Shown: one piece after another, positions 30,136-40,194 of the stretch
How the letters are laid out: every line of letters begins with the position of its first letter
Position numbering within the stretch: the first letter of the stretch is position 1
NCBI GenBank assembly: GCA_963756905.1
Contig: CAVWPO010000009.1
Location: 18,179-82,178, forward strand
DNA: 64,000 bases
Source: an uncultured Alphaproteobacteria bacterium
GTDB lineage: Bacteria > Pseudomonadota > Alphaproteobacteria > Geminicoccales > Geminicoccaceae
Reading direction: 5' to 3'
Translations under genes and position numbers: made by a program
The notes under the pieces: model-generated
Databases searched by the model: none
Told to the model about the DNA's origin: nothing
Seen by the model: the letters and a program-made list of their open reading frames with translations, nothing else

Positions 30136-30565
30136 ATGCTGACCGATCAGGAGCGGCGCTTTCTCGAGGCCGGCCGGGTCGCCCGCCTGGCGACGGCGGA
30201 TGCCGACGGGCGGCCGCACGTGGTGCCGGTCTGCTACGCGCTGACCCCGAGCACGGTCTACTTCACGATCGATGAGAAGCCCAAGCGCCGCCCGGGCGCA
30301 AGCCTGAAGCGGCTCTCGAACCTGCGGGCGAACCCGTTCGCGGCGCTGGTCGTCGACCGCTACGACGAGGACTGGAGCCGGCTCGGCTGGGTCATGGTCC
30401 AGGGCCGCGCCGAGATTCTCCACGCGGGTCCCGAGCACGACCGGGCTCAAGCCGAGCTGCGCGCCCGCTACCCGCAGCTCATCGCGATGCAGATCGAGGC
30501 CCTGCCCGTGGTCGCGGTGCGCATCGACCATGTCTCGAGCTGGGGGCGGCTCGAGGGCGCTCTGA
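30136..30565 (+). CDS. PPOX-class putative F420-dependent oxidoreductase (3' end uncertain)
   Basis: MLTDQERRFLEAGRVARLATADADGRPHVVPVCYAL...FAALVVDRYDEDWSRLGWVMVQGRAEIL. The track ORF runs on to 31245 as the shadow of the convergent gene. A +1 insertion in the G5 run at 30542-30546 would give a stop at 30563-30565. This is an inference. Confidence 0.6.
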
Positions 30566-30576
30566 GCCGGCCGCGC

Positions 30577-31522
30577 TCAGACGACCGGGGTCAAAAGCGG
30601 CTGGCCGCCGAAGTGCGCCTTCAGATTGTCGAGCACCAATTGGCCCATGGCGTCGCGGGTCTCCCAGGTGGCGCTCGCCTGGTGCGGCTGCAGGACGACG
30701 TTGTCGAGCGCAAGCAGCGCCTCGGGAATGTTCGGCTCGGTCGCGAACACGTCCAGCCCGGCGGCGCCGAGCCGGCCGGCGACCAGGGCCTCGACCAGGG
30801 CCGGCTCCTCGATCACCGAGCCGCGCGCGACGTTGATCAGCCAGCCCTCGGGCCCGAGCGCCTCGATCACCGCCCGGCTGACGAGGCCGGCCGTGGTCGG
30901 GCCGCCGAGGCAGGTCACCATCAGGCAGTCGACCGCCTTGCGCCATCTCGACCAGGTCGGGAAAATACTCGTAAGCGACATCCGGCTTGCGGTGCGGGCC
31001 GTGGTAGACGATCGCCATGTCGAAGGCCTCGGCGCGCCTCGCGACCGCCCGGCCGATCCGGCCGAGGCCGAGGATGCCCAGGCGCTTGCCGGCGAGCGAG
31101 TTGGAGAGCACCGGGTCGCCCTCCTTGGGCCAGCGCCCGGCGCGCACGTAGCGGTCGTTGCAGGCGACCCGGCGCGCGACATCGAGCAGGAGCGCCATGC
31201 CGAGCTCGGCCACGCCGGTGGTCAGCACGTCCGGGGTGTTGGTGACCCGGATGCCGCGGGCGCGCGCGGTCTTAAGGTCGACCGCATCGGTCCCGACCCC
31301 ATAGACGCCGACGATCTCGACCTTGGGCAGGTTGTCGAGCAGCGCCTTGCCGGCGCCGATGATGCCGTTGGTGAAGATCCCCCGCACCCAGGGCGCGACC
31401 TCGCGGACGTACGCCTCGGCATCCGGCGCGCCCCAGAGCTTGCGCAGCGTGAACGCCTCGTCCGCCTGCGCCTGGATCCTGGGCGTGATCGGCATCATCT
31501 GCAGAACTTCCGGCTTGTCCAT
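30577..31522 (-). CDS. D-isomer-specific 2-hydroxyacid dehydrogenase (glyoxylate/hydroxypyruvate reductase-like); one +1 frameshift near 30941
   Basis: NAD-binding motif [16 protein letters not shown]. The sense jumps from ...[11 protein letters not shown] to [20 protein letters not shown]...[10 protein letters not shown]. The length of 946 nt is 1 mod 3. Confidence 0.8.
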
Positions 31523-31637
31523 GACGGCCCCCGCCTTTTCCCCCACTTCGCGCCCGATCATCCCCGCCCCGCGCGCCGCGTCAACAAGGCCGGCGAGAAT
31601 TGCGGGAAGTGAGGGCTCGGCTGCGATCAGACCGCGG

Positions 31638-32156
31638 CTACAGGTGATCGCCTGCGAAGCCGAGCGCCTTGGCGAGGCCGGCGGTCGGGAAGGCGACCTC
31701 GTGGGCCTTGGCCTGCTGGTCGAGGAAGCGCACCCGGATGGCATCGGCGTTGGCGAGGCCCGGGAGATCCGATCTCGGCAAGGTAAAGCGCGCCGCGAGG
31801 CGGCCGTGCCGGCCGACGCCTTCGACCGCGAGCTTCCGGTCGCCGAACGCGATCTCGACGTCGAGCCGGGGCGCCAGCTCGAGACCGGCGATCCGGACCA
31901 GGCCGTCGGCCTCGTTGCTCCCGCTGTTCAAGGTGAATGAAAGCAGCCGCGACTGCTCGAGCGCGGGCAGGCCGCCCTCGTCATTGCGCACCTCGCACTG
32001 GCGCCCGCCGGCCTCGGTCTTCTCGCAGGCCACGATCCATTTGCCGACGGTCCGCGTCAGGTCGGGCTCGGCCAGCGCCATCCCGGTAAAGGAAGCTGCG
32101 CCGACGACGGCCGCATGAGGCAAGCAAGCAGGTGGCAGGAGCCGAAGCTTCGCCAT
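31638..32156 (-). CDS. IalB (invasion-associated locus B)-like periplasmic protein
   Basis: 172 aa with a signal-like N-terminus. The pattern WIVACEKTEAGGRQCEV with a later repeat is reminiscent of the IalB family. The assignment is tentative. Confidence 0.45.
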   Translation of the reverse strand: MAKLRLLPPACLPHAAVVGAASFTGMALAEPDLTRTVGKWIVACEKTEAGGRQCEVRNDEGGLPALEQSRLLSFTLNSGSNEADGLVRIAGLELAPRLDVEIAFGDRKLAVEGVGRHGRLAARFTLPRSDLPGLANADAIRVRFLDQQAKAHEVAFPTAGLAKALGFAGDHL

Positions 32157-32163
32157 GGCTGAT

Positions 32164-33242
32164 TCAGATGTTCGCGCCGCTCAGGAGGTCACACACGCGG
32201 GCGGTGACCTCTGCGGTCGTGGCGCGGCCGCCGAGGTCGGGGGTCAGCACGTCGCCGGCCGCAAGCGTGCGCTCGATGGCGCTCATGAGGAGGGTCGCGG
32301 CCGCGGGCTCGCCCAGGTGGTCGAGCATGAGCGCGGCGGTCCAGAAGGTCGCGATCGGGTTGGCGATGCCCTTTGCCCGTGATGTCGAAGGCCGAGCCGT
32401 GGATCGGCTCGAACATCGAGGGGTACTTGCGCTCCGGGTTGAGGTTCGCGGTCGGGCCGACGCCGAGCGAGCCGCGTGAGCGCCGAGGCGAGGTCGGAGA
32501 GGATGTCGGCGTGCAGGTTGGTCGCGACGATCACATCCAGCGTCCCGGGCTTCAGGACCATGCGCGTGGTCATCGCGTCGACCAGCTCCTTGTCTGTGCG
32601 GACCTCGGGAAACTCTTTCCTGAGTTCGGCAAAGACCTCGTCCCAGAGGACCATGCCATGACGCTGGGCGTTCGATTTGGTGACCAGGGTCAGGAGCTTC
32701 TTCGGGCGGGTGCGGGCGAGCTCGAAGGCAAAGCGCATGATCCGCTCGCAGCCCGTGCGGGTGAAGATCGCGACCTCGGTGCCGACCTCCTCGGGCAGGC
32801 CGCGGTGGACCCGGCCGCCGGCGCCGGCGTACTCGCCCTCGGTGTTCTCCCGGACCACGATCCAGTCGAGGTCGCCAGGGGCGACGCCCCGAAGGGGTCC
32901 GACAACGCCCGGCAGGAGGCGGGCCGGGCGGACGTTGGCGTACTGGTCGAAGCCCTGGCAGATCGCAAGGCGCAGCCCCCAGAGCGTGATGTCGTCGGGG
33001 ATGTCGGGCGCGCCGACCGCGCCGAAGTAGAGCGCATCGAAGGGCTTCAGGCGGGCGAGGCCATCCTCGGGCATCATCCGGCCATGGGTCCGATAGTAAG
33101 CCGAGCCCCAGTCGAACGCCTCGACCTCGAGCTCGAGGCCGGGCGCGCGGGTCGCCAGCGCCCGCAGGACCTCGAGCCCGGCGGCGATCACCTCCTGCCC
33201 GATGCCATCGCCGGGAATCGCCGCAATCCTGTGCTTCGCCAA
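32164..33242 (-). CDS. tartrate dehydrogenase/decarboxylase-like isopropylmalate-DH-family enzyme; two +1 frameshifts (near 32475 and near 32370)
   Basis: [19 protein letters not shown]...[11 protein letters not shown]...[14 protein letters not shown], then [35 protein letters not shown], then [19 protein letters not shown], in three frames. The length of 1079 nt is 2 mod 3. Confidence 0.8.
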
Positions 33243-33508
33243 GGGTGTTCCTCACCATCGATCGGGACGCCGGAGCTGGGTGGGCGTCAGACTGCGAGTC
33301 CTGCGCTCACCCGTCAATGTCGGTCGGCGCTCGCGGCCGGGCGAGGGACCGGTCGCTGCACTCGGCAGGGCCGCCAGGTCCCGCGGGCTTGACAAGCCAG
33401 ACGGCCCTGCCCTCAATGGCGGGCCTCTTTGGCCCATGTTTGGCCCATGGCTCGAAAGCAAAGCCCGGCGACGCCACCTCATTGCCGCAAGTCCATCGGA
33501 GTCCTGCC

Positions 33509-34876
33509 ATGTCCGCTCCGCCAGAAGCCAAGGGCGAGCCGATCACCGACTACCGCCAGCTGGTCGAGTATCTCGAGGCCGGCTGCAAGCCGAAGGCCGA
33601 CTGGCGGATCGGCACCGAGCACGAGAAGTTCGGCTACACCCACGACGACCTGCGGCCCCTGCCCTACGACGGCGAGCGCAGCGTGCGGGCGCTGCTCGAG
33701 GGGCTCGCGGCGCGCTTCGGCTGGCAGCCGATCCTGGAGGAGGGCCGGCCGATCGCGCTCCAGCGCGGCCGCGCCAACATCACCCTCGAGCCGGGCGGCC
33801 AGTTCGAGCTGTCGGGGGCGCCGGTTGTGACCCTGCACGAGACCTGCTGCGAGGTCCACGAGCATCTGGATCAGGTGCGCACGGTCGCCGGCCCGCTCGG
33901 CATCGGCATGCTCGGCCTCGGCTTTCAGCCCAAATGGCGGCGCGAGGACATCCCCTGGATGCCCAAGGGCCGCTACCGGATCATGCGCGCCTACATGCCG
34001 AAGAAGGGCCGGCTCGGGCTCGACATGATGCTGCGGACCTGCACCATCCAGGTCAACCTCGACTTCGAGTCCGAGGCCGACATGGTGCGGAAGTTCCGGG
34101 TCGGCATGGCGCTCCAGCCGGTCGCGACCGCGCTGTTCGCCAACTCGCCCTTCACCGAGGGCAAGCCCAACGGCTTCCTCAGCTATCGCAGCCACATCTG
34201 GACCGACACCGATCCGGACCGCTCGGGCATCCTGCCGTTCGTGTTCGAGGCAGGGATGGGCTTCGAGCGCTACGTCGCGCATGCGCTCGACGTGCCGATG
34301 TATTTCGTCTACCGGGACGGCAGGTACATCGACGCCAGTGGCCAGAGCTTTCGCGACTTCCTGGCCGGCCGCCTGCCGGCGCTGCCGGGCGAGATCCCGA
34401 CGCTCACCGACTGGAACGACCACCTGACCACGCTGTTCCCGGAGGTCCGCCTGAAGCGCTTCCTCGAGATGCGCGGCGCCGATGGCGGACCCTGGCGAAG
34501 CCTGTGCGCCCTGCCGGCGCTCTGGGTTGGCGTCCTCTATCATCATGCGGCGCTCGACGAGGCCTGGGAGTGGGTCAAGGACTGGACGCTCGAGGAGCAT
34601 GCTCACCTGCGCGCCGAGGTGCCGAAGCACGGGCTCAAGACGCCGTTTCGCGGCGGCAGCGTGCGGGACCTGGCGCGGCGGATGCTCGAGCTTGCCGACC
34701 TCGGCCTCAAGCGACGCGCCGAGGAGGACTGGGCCGGCCAGGACGAGCGCCAGTTCCTGACCGCGCTCACCGGCATCGCCGAGACCGGCCGGACGCCCGC
34801 GGAGGGCCTGCTCGACCTCTACCAGGGCCGCTGGGGCGGCTCGGTCGATCCGGTGTTCAGCGAGCTTGCCTACTGA
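33509..34876 (+). CDS. gshA: glutamate-cysteine ligase, plant/alphaproteobacterial type (GCS2)
   Basis: Track ORF 33245..34876, start moved to ATG 33509. [39 protein letters not shown] and [18 protein letters not shown] are characteristic. Confidence 0.9.
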   Translation: MSAPPEAKGEPITDYRQLVEYLEAGCKPKADWRIGTEHEKFGYTHDDLRPLPYDGERSVRALLEGLAARFGWQPILEEGRPIALQRGRANITLEPGGQFELSGAPVVTLHETCCEVHEHLDQVRTVAGPLGIGMLGLGFQPKWRREDIPWMPKGRYRIMRAYMPKKGRLGLDMMLRTCTIQVNLDFESEADMVRKFRVGMALQPVATALFANSPFTEGKPNGFLSYRSHIWTDTDPDRSGILPFVFEAGMGFERYVAHALDVPMYFVYRDGRYIDASGQSFRDFLAGRLPALPGEIPTLTDWNDHLTTLFPEVRLKRFLEMRGADGGPWRSLCALPALWVGVLYHHAALDEAWEWVKDWTLEEHAHLRAEVPKHGLKTPFRGGSVRDLARRMLELADLGLKRRAEEDWAGQDERQFLTALTGIAETGRTPAEGLLDLYQGRWGGSVDPVFSELAY

Positions 34877-34885
34877 CGAACTTGA

Positions 34886-35839
34886 CTACTGAGACGCAGC
34901 GGTCTGCCCCGGTCCGTCGGCATCGGGACCGGTCGCGAGGTAGGCAAGCGGGAACTGGTCGGGGCTGCGCAGGACATAGGCCTCGAGCAGCCGGCCATAG
35001 GCGGCGAGCATGTCGGCCACGGCGGCGGCGCGGTCCAGCCGGCGGTCGGGCGGGAGCGCCGGCTCGATGCGCGTGACCAGCGCGCCATCCGGCTCGCGCA
35101 GCGTGAAGACCGGCAACAGCGGCGCGCCGGTCTGCCAGGCGAGGGCGAGGGCGCCGGTCGCAACCCGGATCCGGCCATCCAGGAGGTCCAAAAGCCGGGT
35201 CACCTGGCCGGTCGACGCGACCGTGATCGAGACCGGCCGGTTCTGCTTCAGGCGGAGCGCGAGCGCGCGCAGCGGCGCCAGGGGGTTCTCCTCGGTCATG
35301 ACCAGGCGCTCGGCGACGTAGCGGCGCTCGATGCCGGTCTTGATCGGATTGAGCCAGCGCCGGCCGAAGCGCGTCTGCGAGAAGCCGTGGCTGTCGCGGC
35401 TCAGATGGCTGACCGCATAGCCCGCCTCGTGCAGGGCGCGCTTGGTCACGAGATCGCTGAACGCGAACGGGGTCACCCAGAGGATGGCGCCCCTGCCCTG
35501 CTCGAGCGCTCGGTCGAGCTCCGCCCGGCCTTCGAGGCGGGGCGTGGCCGGCCAGCCGCGCGGGTGGTAGCAGCGCATGAGCTGCATCCACGCGAGATAG
35601 TTGTGGCTGAGATGGGCGCGCCAGCAGGCCGCCGGCGTGACGCCGAGCGGCCGCCCGCCGACCACCGCCTGGAGCCGGGCGACCTCGCCCGCCGCCCGGC
35701 CGCCGCGCAAGGCGAGGCGCAGACCGGCCAGACGCCCGGCCCAGGTCGGCCAGGCGCCCTCCGGGACCGTCCAGGCGAGCGCAGCCAGGACCGGCAGCAG
35801 GCCGATCAGCCCGATGTCCTTGCGGTCGATCCAGGGCAC
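34886..35839 (-). CDS. hypothetical protein, distant resemblance to LpxL/HtrB-type acyltransferases
   Basis: 317-aa intact ORF with an N-terminal TM helix. The segment GAILWVTPFAFSDLV aligns by eye with the HxxxxD/E region of lipid A acyltransferases but lacks the His. Function is uncertain. Confidence 0.35.
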   Translation of the reverse strand: MPWIDRKDIGLIGLLPVLAALAWTVPEGAWPTWAGRLAGLRLALRGGRAAGEVARLQAVVGGRPLGVTPAACWRAHLSHNYLAWMQLMRCYHPRGWPATPRLEGRAELDRALEQGRGAILWVTPFAFSDLVTKRALHEAGYAVSHLSRDSHGFSQTRFGRRWLNPIKTGIERRYVAERLVMTEENPLAPLRALALRLKQNRPVSITVASTGQVTRLLDLLDGRIRVATGALALAWQTGAPLLPVFTLREPDGALVTRIEPALPPDRRLDRAAAVADMLAAYGRLLEAYVLRSPDQFPLAYLATGPDADGPGQTAASQ

Positions 35840-36033
35840 CGGACGGCGGCGCGGTGGGGCGGACGAGGCGATCGCGGGCTCCTGCGGGCTCCGCAGCCCG
35901 GCGGGCGATCCTGCGCGCGGCGCCCTAACCGCCGCTTAAATGCGAAAGGCGAGGTTCGGCCGGACTGCACGAAGGGCTCGGCGGCGGCGGCCTGGTCGTG
36001 TACAAGAGCCGCAAAGTCCGAGGAGGTGACCCC

Positions 36034-36855
36034 ATGCCGCGCTTTGCTGCCAACATCAGCACCATGTTCACCGATCGGCCGTTCGTCAACCGGGTCGAGG
36101 CGGCGGCGACCGCCGGGTTCAAAGCGGTCGAGTGCCAGTTCCCCTACCTCGCGGGCGCGGCCGAGCTGAAGGCCAAGCTGGCGGCCTGCGGTCTGCCGCT
36201 GGTGCTCATGAACACCCCGCCCGGCGACTTCGCGGCCGGCGAGCGCGGCCTCGCGGGGCTGCCCGGACGCGAGGCCGACTTCGAGGCGGCGCTGGGCGAG
36301 GCGCTGACCTACGCCCTGGCGCTGGAGTGCCCGATGATCCACGTCATGGCCGGGGTCCAGCCGCCCGGCGCCAGCCGGGAAGCCTGCCTTCGGGTCTTCA
36401 AGGCGAACCTCCGGCGCGCCGCCGAGGCCTGCGCGCGCGCCGGGCGCCTGGCCCTGATCGAGCCGATCAACAGCCGCGACATTCCGGGCTACCTGCTCAA
36501 CACGCCGGCCGAAGGCGCGGCCCTGATCGCCGAGCTGAACCAACCGGGCCTGAAGCTCCAGTTCGACTTCTACCACGCCCAGATCATGACCGGCGATCTC
36601 GCGCGGAGCTTCGAGCGCCATCAGCCGGTCACCGCCCACGTCCAGATCGCGGGCGTGCCCGAGCGCCACGAGCCGGATGTCGGCGAGGTCAACTATCCCT
36701 ACCTGTTCGATCTGCTCGACCGGTCGGGCTATGCCGGCTGGGTCGGCTGCGAGTATTTCCCGGCCGGCCGGACCGAGGATGGTCTCGGCTGGGCGATCCG
36801 CCATGGCATCGCGCCCAAGGGCATCCTGCTCGCGACGGGCGGCGAGCGCGTCTGA
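36034..36855 (+). CDS. hyi: hydroxypyruvate isomerase
   Basis: Start at ATG 36034 after GAGGAGGTGA. MPRFAANISTMFTDRPFVNRVEAAATAGFKAVECQFPY...NYPYLFDLLDRSGYAGWVGCEY. Confidence 0.85.
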   Translation: MPRFAANISTMFTDRPFVNRVEAAATAGFKAVECQFPYLAGAAELKAKLAACGLPLVLMNTPPGDFAAGERGLAGLPGREADFEAALGEALTYALALECPMIHVMAGVQPPGASREACLRVFKANLRRAAEACARAGRLALIEPINSRDIPGYLLNTPAEGAALIAELNQPGLKLQFDFYHAQIMTGDLARSFERHQPVTAHVQIAGVPERHEPDVGEVNYPYLFDLLDRSGYAGWVGCEYFPAGRTEDGLGWAIRHGIAPKGILLATGGERV

Positions 36856-36858
36856 GCC

Positions 36859-37774
36859 ATGCGGTCGGCCGCAGCGGCGCGCCGCGCCCGCGGACCGGAG
36901 TCCGGTTCGGCCGGGATGACCGGGATCGCGCTCTCCGCCGACGAGGCGAGGTCCTGGGGCCGACGGCTCTGGGCGTTCGCGCGCCGCGAGCCGCTGGTCC
37001 ACTTCGTGGTCCTGGGCGGGCTGCTGTTCGGGGCTGACGCGCTGCGCCAGTCCGCCCAGCGCGAGACCATCGTGATCGACCCGCCGACCGTCCAGACGCT
37101 GGTCGACCAGCAGGCGCAGCTCCTCGGCCGGCCCCTGTCGGACGCGGAGCGGGCGCGCGTCGTGCAGGGCACGATCGACGACGCGGTGCTCCTGCGCGAG
37201 GCCTACAAGCGCGGGCTCGAGCAGGACAGCCTGGTCGAGCAGCATCTGGTCCAGAAGATGCGCTTCCTTTTGACCGAGGACCTGCCGGAGCCGAGCGAGG
37301 CCGAGCTCAGGGCCTATCTCGCAGCCCACGCCGAAAGCTACCGGCGTCCGGCGACGGTCACTCTCGACCAGGTCTATTTCGCCAAGCCGGGCGCCGTTCC
37401 CGATGGCCTGCTCGAGCGCCTGCGCGCCGGCGCCGACATCCAGGGCCTGGGTGACCCGCTCTACATGCTGGGCCCCCGGCTCACCGGCTACAGCGCACGC
37501 GACCTCGGCGACCTGTTGGGCGCCGACAACGCCGCGCGTATCCTGGAGCTGCCGGTCGGCGAATGGCAGGGGCCGCTGCGCTCGGCCGAGGGCCTGCATT
37601 TCGTACGGGTGGTGGCGAAGCAGCCCGCGCGGCTGCCGGCCTATCGAGGAAATCCAGAACTCGGTCCGCGAGGACTGGCGGCGAACCAGGCAGAGCGAGA
37701 TCGTCGGTCAGCGGGTCGCCGAGCTGCGCGAGCGCTACCGCATCGTGATCGCGCCGAACGGGGACGGGCGGTGA
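36859..37774 (+). CDS. PpiC-type peptidyl-prolyl isomerase-like protein with N-terminal TM anchor; one +1 frameshift near 37642
   Basis: First segment of track ORF 36859..39999; the start may be ATG 36916. The sense moves from ...HFVRVVAKQPARLPA to IEEIQNSVREDWRRTRQSEIVGQRVAELRERYRIVIAPNGDGR (frame of ORF 37403..37774). The length is 1 mod 3. Confidence 0.5.
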
Positions 37775-38788
37775 TGGCGACGCGCGCCTGGTGCCCGCTA
37801 CTGGCCCTGCTGCTCGGCCTCGGGTTGGCATTGCCGGCCGCGGCGCACGATCTCGGGGTCGCGGGCGCCGCTCTCGAGGAGCTCTCGGCGGGCCGCTACG
37901 CCCTCGACGTCGACCTCGCGACCAGCCCGGCCGAGGCGTTCGCGCCGCCAAGTCTGCCGGCACGCTGCGGCCTCGAGCCCGCGCCGCGCGGGCGGCCGAG
38001 CGCGGCCAGCCTTCGCTACGTCTTCGATTGCGTCGGTCAGCCGCTGCATGCAGGCGACATCCTGCGTTTCGCCTGGCAGCGCCAGGGCGTCTTGCTCGCC
38101 GCGCGCTGGCTGGACGGCTCGAGCGCGCGTCGGTTCTTCGGCCGCAGCGGCGCCACCATCGAAGTGCCGCTCGCGGCGCTGCGGGCCGGCTCCGGCTCGT
38201 TCGCCGCCGCCGCAAAGCGCTACCTGGCGCTCGGCATCGAGCACATCCTGTTCGGGATCGACCACCTGCTGTTCGTGCTCGGGCTGCTCCTGATCGTCCG
38301 GGGGCCCTGGATGCTGGTCAAGACCGTGACCGCCTTCACGGTCGCCCACAGCCTGACGCTCGCGCTCGCGACCCTCGGCGTGCTCGACGTGCCGCCGCGG
38401 CCGGTCGATGCGCTGATCGCGCTCAGCATCGTCTTCCTCGGCGCCGAGATCCTGCGCGGCCGCGACGGTCGGTTCGGCCTCACCCACAGGCTCCCCTGGC
38501 TGATCGCCTTCGCCTTCGGCCTGCTGCACGGCCTGGGCTTTGCGAGCGCGCTCGGCCAGATCGGTCTGCCCGCGGCCGAGATTCCGCTGGCGCTGCTGTT
38601 CTTCAACCTCGGCGTCGAGGCGGGCCAGCTGCTGTTCGTGGCGTTCTGCCTGAGCTTCGCCTGGGCGTTCGGACGCCTCGAGGTGGCCTGGCCGAAGCGG
38701 CTCGAGCCCCTGCCCGCCTATGTGATCGGCACAGCAGCCGCGTTCTGGTTCATCGAGCGGACGGTCGCGATCGCGCTTCGCCTCTTGA
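37774..38788 (+). CDS. HupE/UreJ_2-family membrane protein (3' end uncertain)
   Basis: ATG 37774 overlaps the previous stop. Signal peptide MATRAWCPLLALLLGLGLALPAAA. Hallmark GIEHILFGIDHLLFVLGLLL...AHSLTLALA...GLLHGLGFA...NLGVEAGQL. No in-frame stop occurs before the next gene. The stop at 38786-38788 is reached only if a +1 insertion lies in 38726-38785. This is an inference. Confidence 0.55.
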
Positions 38789-38814
38789 GCGCCGGCCAGC
38801 TGGAGGAGACCGAG

Positions 38815-39436
38815 ATGCCCAGCCACCCAGCCCCGCGGCCGGCGTCGCGCCGGCCCTCGGCCGCGCCGGCCTTGCTGGCGGCGGCCCTGATGCTGCTCGC
38901 CACACCGGCGCTCGCGCATACCGGCCAGGGCGTCGCCGGCGGCTTCGTCGACCGGCTTCCTGCACCCGATCACCGGCCCCGATCACGTGGTCGCCATGGT
39001 CGCGGTCGGCATGTGGGGCGCGTTCCTCGGACCGCCGGCGATCTGGCTGCTGCCGATCGTCTTCCCGCTGGTGATGTCCTTCGGCGGCGTGCTCGGCGTC
39101 CTCGGCGTGCCGATGCCGGGGGTCGAGATCGGCATCGCGCTGTCCGCGATCGGGCTCGGCGCCATGGTCGCCTTCGCCGCCCGGCCGCCGCTCTGGACCG
39201 CGGCGGTGCTGGTCGGCGCGTTCGCGATCTTTCACGGCTATGCCCACGGCGCCGAGCTGCCGAGGGCGACCAACCCGCTCGCCTACGGCATCGGGTTCGT
39301 GGTCGCGACCGGACTGCTCCACCTCTGCGGCATCAGCTTCGGCCTCCTGGTCCGCTGGCCGCTCGGCGAGCGGGTGGTGCGGGCGACCGGCGGCCTGATC
39401 GCCTGCGCCGGCTTCTATTTCCTGATCGGCACATGA
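38815..39436 (+). CDS. hupE: HupE/UreJ nickel/cobalt-type permease; one +1 frameshift near 38953
   Basis: GGAGGAG Shine-Dalgarno sequence, then MPSHP...AAALMLLATPALAHTGQGVAGGFVD, then GFLHPITGPDHVVAMVAVGMWGA...FHGYAHGAE (frame of ORF 38987..39436). The length of 622 nt is 1 mod 3. Confidence 0.8.
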
Positions 39437-40060
39437 ACCAGGCATGGCACCGGCCCGCGGCGAGGGCGCCGGAAGCCCTCGCCCTGCTCTTCGCCCTCGC
39501 CTGGCCGGGCCGTGCCCTCGCGCACAGCCTGGGCGCCAGCTTTGGCGACTTCTACGGCGGCCTGCTGCACCCGACGACCGCGCTCGATCTGGCGCCGCCG
39601 CTGGTGGCGCTGGGCCTGCTCGCGGGCCAGAACGGGAAGGCCGTCAGCGCGCCGGATGTTGATGGTGCTGCCGGCCGCCTTCATCGTTGGCACGGGTCTC
39701 GGCGGCGCGCTGCCGCCGCCCGCCCATCTGGCGACCGTCAACGCCGGCTCGTTCGTGGTCCTGGGCCTCCTGCTCGCGCTCGACGCGACGCTGCCAGCCG
39801 CCGTCCTGCTCGGGCTCGGGTCAGCGCTCGGCCTGTGCAACGGCCTCGCCAACGGCTCGGGCATGGCCGGCGGGTCGGATCCGGCGCTGTTCCTGCTCGG
39901 CAGCGCGCTCGCCGGGCTCGCCGCCATCCTCCTGCCGAGCGCCGTCGTGGTGTCGCTCGAGGCCCAATGGCAGCGGATCCTGGTCCGGGTCGTCGGTAGC
40001 TGGCTCGCCGCGGTCGGCGCCATGGTCCTCGCCCTGCCGCAGAGCATGCTCTCCGGCTGA
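39433..40060 (+). CDS. third HupE-like membrane protein; one +1 frameshift near 39650
   Basis: ATG 39433 overlaps the hupE stop (ATGA). ...[46 protein letters not shown], then [18 protein letters not shown]... (ORF 39512..40060). The length is 1 mod 3. Confidence 0.5.
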
Positions 40061-40194
40061 GGCGAAACCGTCCCTCTTGCGGGGGTAGGGAGAATTCGCG
40101 ACCGCGGTCACGCCCGCCGGGCGCGGCTTTGGCTTGGCCTTCCGGCCGGCCGCGCCTATATAGGCGCAACCTTCCGGGCAGGGTGAGGTCAGCG

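Noticed and set aside
36859-39999. 1046-aa ORF that looks like one giant protein.
   Set aside because: It concatenates four separate genes (PpiC-like plus three HupE-type). They are joined because +1 insertions and in-frame junctions remove the stops. Internal Shine-Dalgarno/ATG sites and signal peptides mark the individual genes.
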